Source: an uncultured Odoribacter sp. (lineage in GTDB: Bacteria > Bacteroidota > Bacteroidia > Bacteroidales > Marinifilaceae). From it: a DNA stretch of 64,000 nt. Numbering within the stretch: position 1 is the first letter of the stretch; every line of letters begins with the position of its first letter. Under the pieces are notes generated by a model. The model had not been told where the DNA came from and made no database searches. It saw nothing but the letters and a program-made list of their open reading frames with translations. The position numbers were made by a program, and so were the translations under genes. This document shows, in pieces, positions 31,561-38,318 of this stretch. The DNA lies in contig CAJUQA010000014.1 of the NCBI GenBank assembly GCA_910588375.1, positions 4,524 through 68,523 of the forward strand. The letters run 5' to 3'.

Positions 31561-33087
31561 ATGTTTCAAAATCAACCCAAAGGTTTGTATGCCCTGGCAC
31601 TTGCCAATACCGGTGAACGCTTCGGCTACTATACCATGATTGCCGTTTTCGCCCTTTTCCTGCGGGCCAATTTCGGCTTATCCGCCAGTGCGGCAGGTGC
31701 CATTTACAGCACCTTTCTTGCTCTCGTCTATTTCCTGCCCCTGATCGGCGGCATCATGGCCGATAAATTCGGATTCGGGAAAATGGTTACCATCGGTATC
31801 GGCATCATGTTTGCCGGCTACCTGTTCCTTTCCGTACCCTTAGGCAGCGGCACCGTAGCACTCGTCAGCATGCTGATGGCCCTGGCGCTTATCAGCTTCG
31901 GCACCGGATTATTCAAAGGCAACCTGCAAGTCATGGTCGGCAACCTTTACGATAATCCCCAATACGAAAAACAACGCGACTCCGGATTCTCCATTTTCTA
32001 TATGGCCATCAATATCGGTGCCTTATTTGCACCGACGGCTGCCGTAAGAATCAAGGAATATGCCGAAACGGCGTGGGGATTTTCCGGAAATGACGCTTAT
32101 CATTTCTCTTTCGCGGTAGCCTGTGCATCGCTCATTCTTTCCATCGCCATCTACTACGGTTTCCGTAGCTGGTTCCGCCACGTGGAAGGCGACAAGAAAA
32201 ATGCCGGTGCGGCCAAAACCGCAGCTGCCGAACAATCGCTCACCCCGGCACAAACCAAAGAGCGCATCGTTGCGCTTTGCCTGGTATTCGCCGTCGTGAT
32301 TTTCTTCTGGATGGCTTTCCACCAGAACGGTCTGGCCTTAACCTACTTTGCCGACGAATTTACACAAAAAACAGCCAGCGGCGCCATGAGCATGCCTTTC
32401 GACGTCCTGAACCTCGTATTCGTGATTATCGCCGTATATGCAGGCTTCTCCCTGTTCCAAAGTAAAACCCCGAAAGCCAAAGGCATTTCCGCCGCCGTTT
32501 TCGTAGCATCCATCGCCTTCCTGGTATGGAAATATTTCGGAGCAGAAGGCAAGACCATCGACGTCAGTGCCCCTATTTTCCAACAATTCAACCCGTTCTA
32601 CGTAGTGGCATTAACCCCGGTAAGCATGGCAATCTTCGGAGCATTGGCACAAAAAGGCAAAGAACCTTCCGCCCCGCGTAAAATCGCTTACGGCATGCTG
32701 GTCGCCGCCCTCGGCTTCGGCTTTATGCTCTACGCATCTTTAGGATTACTCACTCCGGACGAACAAAAATCTGCCGGCGACGCCGCCATTTTCGTTTCTC
32801 CCAATTGGCTCATCGGCACCTATCTCATCCTGACATTTGCCGAACTGCTTCTTTCTCCGATGGGAATCTCCTTCGTGAGCAAGGTAGCTCCTCCGAAATA
32901 CAAAGGCATGATGATGGGCGGCTGGTTTGTCGCTACCGCTATCGGCAACCTGTTGGTCAGTGTCGGCGGCTTCCTGTGGGGCGGTTTCCCGTTATGGGCA
33001 GTATGGGGCGTATTCATTGTCCTCTGTCTACTCAGTGCCGTATTCATGTTCGCCATGATGAAACGCCTGGAAAACGCGACCAAATAA
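31561..33087 (+). CDS. proton-dependent oligopeptide transporter (POT/PTR2, MFS)
   Basis: ExxERFxYY-type signature NTGERFGYYTM, plus GGIMADKFGFGK and FGTGLFKGN PTR2 motifs. About 14 TM helices. Confidence 0.85.
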   Translation: MFQNQPKGLYALALANTGERFGYYTMIAVFALFLRANFGLSASAAGAIYSTFLALVYFLPLIGGIMADKFGFGKMVTIGIGIMFAGYLFLSVPLGSGTVALVSMLMALALISFGTGLFKGNLQVMVGNLYDNPQYEKQRDSGFSIFYMAINIGALFAPTAAVRIKEYAETAWGFSGNDAYHFSFAVACASLILSIAIYYGFRSWFRHVEGDKKNAGAAKTAAAEQSLTPAQTKERIVALCLVFAVVIFFWMAFHQNGLALTYFADEFTQKTASGAMSMPFDVLNLVFVIIAVYAGFSLFQSKTPKAKGISAAVFVASIAFLVWKYFGAEGKTIDVSAPIFQQFNPFYVVALTPVSMAIFGALAQKGKEPSAPRKIAYGMLVAALGFGFMLYASLGLLTPDEQKSAGDAAIFVSPNWLIGTYLILTFAELLLSPMGISFVSKVAPPKYKGMMMGGWFVATAIGNLLVSVGGFLWGGFPLWAVWGVFIVLCLLSAVFMFAMMKRLENATK

Positions 33088-33110
33088 GCAAAACACGTTT
33101 ATAACGAATT

Positions 33111-33140
33111 AAAAGCTGTCCTGTCCGGACAGCTTTTATT
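33111..33140 (+). terminator. intrinsic terminator after the POT transporter gene
   Basis: AGCTGTCC (33114-33121) pairs with GGACAGCT (33127-33134), loop TGTCC, followed by TTTTATT. Confidence 0.5.
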
Positions 33141-33224
33141 ATATTAAAACTCAAAAAAATATTTTTGTTTTTTGCTGGAATAAAAAAAAAGACTACTTTT
33201 GTGCCGTTAAAGAACAACACACAT

Positions 33225-33295
33225 TGTTCAATGGTGTAATGGCAGCACAACAGATTCTGGTCCTGTTAGTCAAGGTTCGAATCCTTGTTGAACAA
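33225..33295 (+). tRNA. tRNA-Gln (anticodon CUG)
   Basis: Hand-folded cloverleaf. The acceptor stem is TGTTCAA/TTGAACA (U1:A72, as in bacterial tRNA-Gln). The D-arm is GTGT-AATGGCA-GCAC. The anticodon arm is ACAGA-TTCTGGT-CCTGT (anticodon CTG at 33257-33259, one A:C mismatch at 31:39). The variable loop is TAGT and the T-arm is CAAGG-TTCGAAT-CCTTG. The discriminator is A, and CCA is not encoded. Confidence 0.85.
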
Positions 33296-33300
33296 CAAAA

Positions 33301-33331
33301 AACCGTCGGATTGACCGGCGGTTTTTCTTTT
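33301..33331 (+). terminator. intrinsic terminator after tRNA-Gln
   Basis: AACCGTCGG-ATTGA-CCGGCGGTT (9-bp stem with one G:U pair), followed by TTTTCTTTT. Confidence 0.55.
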
Positions 33332-33451
33332 AAATCACCTCCTTACTCCACACCCCAGCATTCTATCAAAATGAGTCATTCCGTCGCTCCTTTTTATTTC
33401 ACCGGATCAACACATTATATTGCTTTCCTAATTGGTTTTTATGGCTATCAA

Positions 33452-33495
33452 CTATTAGTCATATATTAGTTACCTATTACTCATCTATTAGTTTA
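33452..33495 (+). repeat. four tandem imperfect 11-bp repeats (consensus CTATTAGTYAY)
   Basis: The units are CTATTAGTCAT, ATATTAGTTAC, CTATTACTCAT and CTATTAGTTTA. The TATTA(G/C)T cores start at 33453, 33464, 33475 and 33486, an exact 11-bp phasing. The array lies ~160-200 bp upstream of the regulator gene at 33651. Confidence 0.65.
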
Positions 33496-33650
33496 CTAAG
33501 AAATAATCAAGTGTTTTATTATTTATTTTCATCTATTTATTTACATATGATGCCCACAGGAAGACAATCGAAATGAAATTATACAAATAAAAAATTACAG
33601 AACAATTTTTATAAATTTGCATGGCGTCTATGTTTAAAAAATGAAATTCT

Positions 33651-35291
33651 ATGAGGAACGTCCTTCTTTTCGTCACATTATTGTTAGCCGGATGTCTTGC
33701 CCCTCACAGCAAAACAAGAGAAATGCTGACTCGGGCTGAAAGCAGGATGAACGAAAAACCGGACTCTGTCCTGTGTATCTTAAAACACCTCCCTCCCGGC
33801 GATTTGAAAACCGGAGAAGAACAAGCGTTGTTTGCCTTGTTATACAGTCAGGCGCTTGACAAGAACTACATCGACGTAACAAACGATTCATTGATAAACA
33901 TTGCTGTCCGTTATTATAATGACCATCCGGAGCCTTACCGCCTGATGCTTGCCTATTATTATTTATCACGGGTCCAACACAATGCGAAGAATTATGCGGC
34001 GAGCCTCCTGTCCGCCCATAAGGCCCGGAAACACGCAGAGAGCATCGGTAATCATTTCTTTCTCGGAATGATATACCGTAGCATGGCAACTATTTATAAC
34101 CGGATATACAATGCCAATGAAGAAATAAAATATTTCCTCCTCGCACATCAATTTTTTGTGAAAGCACACGCCGACAAGCACGCTAACGTTGCTTTTATTG
34201 ACATGGGGCATGCCTATCACAACAACCATGAATATGAAAAAAGCATCCGTATCGCACAACAATCTTTTGACTCGGCTTTCACGAAAAGGGATACAACCCT
34301 CATGACGGAGAGTCTTCACCTGCTCGGCTGTTCTTATGCCGCACAACAAAATTACCGGGAGGGAAAAGAGGTTATGCTCCGTTTACAAGCACTCTGCCCA
34401 ACCTACCTGTCCGACCAAGACTATAAAAATCTCGCACTTATTTATTTTTCGGAAAATAAGCTGGACAGTGCCACTTTTTATCAAAAACGAATAAAAAGCA
34501 GCCATGCGGCTATTTCGTGGATAGATTATAACCTCCACACACTGCAAGGGAACTATCCGCAAGCTCTCCGTGCACTGGAAATCATAAGCCGTACCCAGGA
34601 CTCCATTATCCGTCAAGCCTTAAACCAAAATATCAGTAGTACACTCGTTCAATATTACAAACAGGAAGAAGAAATGGCCGCTTATAAACTGAAACACGAA
34701 AAGCAACTACGTATCGGAATCAGTGTTTTCGGCATTCTTTTTATCATAGCACTCTACATTTTTTATCATATCCATTTACAAACCAAACAGCGCAAACTTG
34801 AAGATACCATTCTGTTTGCCACGGAATTAAGAGACAAATTGCTCCGACAGGATTCCGAAATGCAGAAAAGGGAGGGTTTTATTGACGAACTGTTAAAACA
34901 AAAATTCACCACCATCGACAAACTATGCTCTACCTACTACGAATGCCAGAACACAGAGCGGGAAGGCAAACGCATCCACACAGAAGTCATCGGTATCATT
35001 TCCAAGTTCAGAGAAGACCCGCACACACAAAAGGAATTGGAAACCTTCCTCGACACCTACAGGGATAATCTGATGAGCACATTCCGCCAAGAGTTTCCCA
35101 AATTAAAAAATTCCGATTACCAACTATTCCTTTACCACGCCCTCGGACTTTCCCAACGCTCTATTTCTATTTTTCTGCAAGAAAAAACGACGGTGATCTA
35201 TAACCGTAAAAACCGCCTTAAAAACAAAATCCAAAACAGTCAGAGCAAGAAAAAAGATTTATTCGTGCAAGTGTTTTCACTAAACCACTAA
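33651..35291 (+). CDS. transmembrane one-component regulator: lipobox signal + extracytoplasmic TPR domain + TM helix + coiled coil + C-terminal LuxR/GerE-like HTH
   Basis: The N-terminus MRNVLLFVTLLLAGC is a lipobox. About 330 aa of TPR-like repeats follow (LLYSQALDKNYID, YYYLSRVQHNAKNY and others). A TM helix IGISVFGILFIIALYIFYHI lies around residue 365-385. The C-terminal SDYQLFLYHALGLSQRSISIFLQEKTTVIYNRKNRLKNKI is HTH-like. Confidence 0.6.
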   Translation: MRNVLLFVTLLLAGCLAPHSKTREMLTRAESRMNEKPDSVLCILKHLPPGDLKTGEEQALFALLYSQALDKNYIDVTNDSLINIAVRYYNDHPEPYRLMLAYYYLSRVQHNAKNYAASLLSAHKARKHAESIGNHFFLGMIYRSMATIYNRIYNANEEIKYFLLAHQFFVKAHADKHANVAFIDMGHAYHNNHEYEKSIRIAQQSFDSAFTKRDTTLMTESLHLLGCSYAAQQNYREGKEVMLRLQALCPTYLSDQDYKNLALIYFSENKLDSATFYQKRIKSSHAAISWIDYNLHTLQGNYPQALRALEIISRTQDSIIRQALNQNISSTLVQYYKQEEEMAAYKLKHEKQLRIGISVFGILFIIALYIFYHIHLQTKQRKLEDTILFATELRDKLLRQDSEMQKREGFIDELLKQKFTTIDKLCSTYYECQNTEREGKRIHTEVIGIISKFREDPHTQKELETFLDTYRDNLMSTFRQEFPKLKNSDYQLFLYHALGLSQRSISIFLQEKTTVIYNRKNRLKNKIQNSQSKKKDLFVQVFSLNH

Positions 35292-35512
35292 TTATCAAAC
35301 GCATACATTTCAATTTCACACAAATAGGATACAACTTATTTATTTTCAATATTTTACAGATATTGATAGGAAACAAGAAACATGCGAAACACAATTAATT
35401 ATATATCAAAGCATTACAAAAACAACTGATAGATTTTTATGGTGTATTTTTACAACTATTTTCCTCCAAATGAAATAATTTTAACGACGAAATCTAATTA
35501 AAACAGCTAAAC

Positions 35513-35896
35513 ATGAATAAATTTATCAAACCAACCCTCGTACTTATTTTCATGCTTTGCATAGGTGGCTTGTTCAATGTAAAAGCAGAAGAAAACCAAA
35601 CAAAGCAAGAGACCGAAGTTACTTTACATTCAGATGGTGTTAAGAATCGTCCCCGCATGCCGGCAAAAATCACCATTCACTGCACGTATCGGAACGGTGA
35701 ATTGTATTTTTCATTTCCGGAAGAGATTGAATATCTCATAGTAAGCGTGGAACACGCCGAAAGCAAGTCCACGTGGACAAGCCAAATAAGCAAAGATGAC
35801 TGTATGTTTATTTCCACAGCCAAGGGTACATACACCCTATCGGCAGAAACCTCAAACGGACAACATTTCTCCGGCACATTGTATGTGACAGAATAA
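35513..35896 (+). CDS. small secreted beta-sandwich-type protein, DUF3244-like
   Basis: 127 aa. Signal peptide MNKFIKPTLVLIFMLCIGGLFNVKA. The pattern RPRMPAKITIHCTYRNGELYFSF...GTYTLSAETSNGQHFSGTLYV matches my recollection of DUF3244. Confidence 0.5.
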   Translation: MNKFIKPTLVLIFMLCIGGLFNVKAEENQTKQETEVTLHSDGVKNRPRMPAKITIHCTYRNGELYFSFPEEIEYLIVSVEHAESKSTWTSQISKDDCMFISTAKGTYTLSAETSNGQHFSGTLYVTE

Positions 35897-36076
35897 AAAA
35901 CAGGGAAAAGGGATACCGGCTATCTCAATAGCGTTATCCTGCCGGTATCCCGCACTCCCTCAAAGAAAGGAGGTCTCTAAAATAGCAAGAATTTAGAAAA
36001 AACGAAAGCCCCGCGCTTTTTCTGTTGAAAGGATACAGACAGAACATTCTATTTTTATAAATCATTAAAATTAAAT

Positions 36077-36319
36077 ATGATGAAGAAAAAAATCATCACT
36101 ATTGCTGCCATTGCAAGCATTGCATTATTAACCGCAGCATATAGCATCTTCTCTACAGAGAAAAACCAGGTTAGCTCACTGATGTTGGAAAATATCGAGG
36201 CATTGGCACAGAGTGAAGAAATTAATCCCTTATGTCCCAATGGATGTATAGACGGATCAGACGGATGCTATTGTTACAGATACTATCAGGAATATAGTGA
36301 ATATCATTGGAAAAATTAA
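36077..36319 (+). CDS. NVEALA-family-like small peptide precursor with Cys/Tyr-rich C-terminus
   Basis: 80 aa. N-terminal signal/anchor KKKIITIAAIASIALLTAAYSIF. Motif LENIEALAQSE (NIEALA at 36191-36208). The C-terminal 28 residues are CPNGCIDGSDGCYCYRYYQEYSEYHWKN, with 4 Cys and 6 Tyr. Confidence 0.6.
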   Translation: MMKKKIITIAAIASIALLTAAYSIFSTEKNQVSSLMLENIEALAQSEEINPLCPNGCIDGSDGCYCYRYYQEYSEYHWKN

Positions 36320-36327
36320 TTTTAACA

Positions 36328-36353
36328 ATGTTGCGCCTTAAAAGGCGCAACAT
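36328..36353 (+). terminator. perfect 10-bp hairpin immediately after the peptide gene (attenuator/partial terminator candidate)
   Basis: ATGTTGCGCC-TTAAAA-GGCGCAACAT, 9 nt after the stop codon and 23 nt before the next start (36376). The T-tract is weak (CCGAATTTATAATAATT), so read-through is plausible. Confidence 0.5.
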
Positions 36354-36375
36354 CCGAATTTATAATAATTATCTC

Positions 36376-37404
36376 ATGAAAAAAAAATTTATATATTTTG
36401 GGGTATTAATTCTCCTCATTGGGGGATGCAGCCGCAATTCGGATAGGGAAAAACATTACAGCAAGTATGGCAAGGTTATTAACATTCAAGAAAAATTGCA
36501 CTCCATTGAAATAAAAAATGTCCTAATTGGTCAATACGGCCACTTATATTTAATTGACAAATATTTAATCATAGGAGATCACATGTCGCCAGATAAACAA
36601 ATTCATCTGTTCGATAAAAACAGTTTCAACTATATTCTTAGCACCGGTTATAAGGGAAAAGGTCCCAACGAAATTACTATTTTAGGCAATATTGCTACTG
36701 ATAAAGTTCATCGAAAATTTTATGTTTCCGATCATGGGAAATTAAAAATATTCAGCTATGATTTAGACAGCCTTTTGGCTAATCCGTTATATCTTCCAAA
36801 TATAAAAATCAGTATGGACAAAAGCCGTTTCCCAGCCGGATATGAATATATAAACGATACTTTGTGCTTTGGATGTATTATAGAACCTATCGGAAATAAC
36901 GACTTCAAACCATGTGTAGGGAAATGGAATATGCTCACCAATGAAGTGCAATTAATGAAATACGAGCACCCTGACGTAAAAAAGAAAAGAACAATTACTG
37001 CCGTTTCCTCAAATTTAGGATTATATGTCGAAGCATATACTCGTCATGACTTAATAACAGTGGGGACGTTTAACGGCGAATTGAGATATAACATTTATGG
37101 TCCCAAGTGGGAAACGAAATTAAGCAAAAATGGTTACTACGGATCTACCAATTTCTGTAAAGATAAAATCATTAGCACTTATTTAGCTGACAACAGAATC
37201 AAAAAAGAACCTAATGGTAAGATAAGAAGTGCTTACCCGACAAAATTTGTTATTTTTGATTTGGAGGGAAACTATCTTCAAACATGGGAAACAGGATATG
37301 AAATAACAAATTTTGTTTATGATGAAGAAAATAATCGCCTCATTATAAGGATAGAGGATGCCGACGTGCAATTTGCTTATTTAAATCTTGACGGGTTATT
37401 ATGA
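36376..37404 (+). CDS. six-bladed beta-propeller lipoprotein, class A (BF3164-family-like), paralog A1
   Basis: I use the start MKKKFIYFGVLILLIGGC (lipobox) at 36376, because the track's upstream extension crosses the hairpin. The GKGPNEIT motif is present. 342 aa. The stop overlaps the next start (ATGA). Confidence 0.65.
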   Translation: MKKKFIYFGVLILLIGGCSRNSDREKHYSKYGKVINIQEKLHSIEIKNVLIGQYGHLYLIDKYLIIGDHMSPDKQIHLFDKNSFNYILSTGYKGKGPNEITILGNIATDKVHRKFYVSDHGKLKIFSYDLDSLLANPLYLPNIKISMDKSRFPAGYEYINDTLCFGCIIEPIGNNDFKPCVGKWNMLTNEVQLMKYEHPDVKKKRTITAVSSNLGLYVEAYTRHDLITVGTFNGELRYNIYGPKWETKLSKNGYYGSTNFCKDKIISTYLADNRIKKEPNGKIRSAYPTKFVIFDLEGNYLQTWETGYEITNFVYDEENNRLIIRIEDADVQFAYLNLDGLL

Positions 37405-38261
37405 TGGTTAGAATTATCACATACTTTTTAGGGATATTTTTACTCTCTGCTTGTCTATCCAAAAACAGAACTCAGATAACAGAACTAATTAAAACGTGGG
37501 ATGGGAAAGAAATTCTTTTTCCTAAGAAAATGAATATGGTACAAGTAGGAGATTCTATCCACAAAACCTTCTCTTTGGAAAATTATAAAATAATTGTCTA
37601 TGTAGATACAAACGGATGTTTCACATGCAAATTGCATTTGATGGAATGGGAGGATTTAATTACTGAGTTAGACTCCGTACCCGCCCTTTTTTATTTTGCC
37701 CCAAGAAGTACAGACTATGTAAAAGATATTTTGAAAGAAAATCTGTTTTATTATCCCGTTTGCATTGATGAAAAAGACAGCCTCAACATATTAAATAATT
37801 TCCCCAAAGACGAACGGTTTCACACGTTTTTATTAGACTGTAATAATCGGATTAAAGCTATCGGAAATCCCATAACCAATCCCAAAATCAAAGAACTTTA
37901 TCTGAAAGTGATTACAGGAGATACGTCGACGAAAAAACAAGTACCCCAAACGACGGTCGAGTATGAAACAACTATATGTGATTTAGGAGAGTTTACGCCC
38001 AAAGAGAAGCGGGAAGCCGTGTTTTCATTAAAAAATACAGGGGCACAACCGCTACTGGTGGCAGATGTGACAACCTCCTGCGGATGCGCAACACCCCGGT
38101 ATGACAAAAAGCCAGTAAAGCCAGGAGAAACCATAAAGATTACTGTGGAAATGAAAATAAAGGAAGAAGGGTATTTCGAAAAGACAATTTCAGTATATTG
38201 CAACACGCAAAATACACCGATTCAATTCAAGGTAAAAGGTAGGGTGGTGGATAAGAAATAG
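37401..38261 (+). CDS. lipoprotein fusing a thioredoxin-like (TlpA/redoxin-type, CxxC) domain to a C-terminal DUF1573 domain, copy 1
   Basis: Lipobox FLLSAC. Redoxin-like YKIIVYVDTNGCFTCKLHLMEW (CFTC at 37617-37628) and HTFLLDCNNRIKAIG. The C-terminal CDLGEF...FSLKNTGAQPLLVADVTTSCGCATPRYDKKPVKPGE is DUF1573-like. Confidence 0.6.
   Translation: MMVRIITYFLGIFLLSACLSKNRTQITELIKTWDGKEILFPKKMNMVQVGDSIHKTFSLENYKIIVYVDTNGCFTCKLHLMEWEDLITELDSVPALFYFAPRSTDYVKDILKENLFYYPVCIDEKDSLNILNNFPKDERFHTFLLDCNNRIKAIGNPITNPKIKELYLKVITGDTSTKKQVPQTTVEYETTICDLGEFTPKEKREAVFSLKNTGAQPLLVADVTTSCGCATPRYDKKPVKPGETIKITVEMKIKEEGYFEKTISVYCNTQNTPIQFKVKGRVVDKK
37623..38248 (+). repeat. 626-bp block identical to 39566-40191
   Basis: Row-by-row reading shows no differences between the flanking mismatches at 37616/37622 and 38249. 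The antisense track ORFs 37898-38206 and 39841-40149 are identical. Confidence 0.8.
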
Positions 38262-38281
38262 TAAAAAGGTACTAATCCAAA

Positions 38282-38302
38282 AAATAAATCATTACCTTGC
38301 GA
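38282..38302 (+). promoter_or_regulatory. conserved upstream motif AAATAAATCATTACCTTGCGA, copy A
   Basis: An identical 21-mer also occurs at 42745-42765 and 44964-44984. Each copy ends 16-18 nt upstream of a propeller-gene ATG. It contains TACCTTGC, a near match to the TAnnTTTG -7 box. Confidence 0.45.
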
Positions 38303-38318
38303 CTATCAATTCACTATC

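Noticed and set aside
33224-33469. 81-aa ORF
   Set aside because: It overlaps tRNA-Gln, its terminator and the 11-bp repeat array. It starts at TTG and is not credible as coding.
36307-36375. TTG-initiated extension of propeller A1
   Set aside because: It reads through the 10-bp hairpin. The ATG at 36376 yields a proper lipoprotein signal peptide, as in the paralogs.
37898-38206. Identical 102-aa minus-strand ORFs (also 39841-40149)
   Set aside because: Their identity simply reflects the 626-bp perfect repeat. They are antisense to the Trx-DUF1573 genes.
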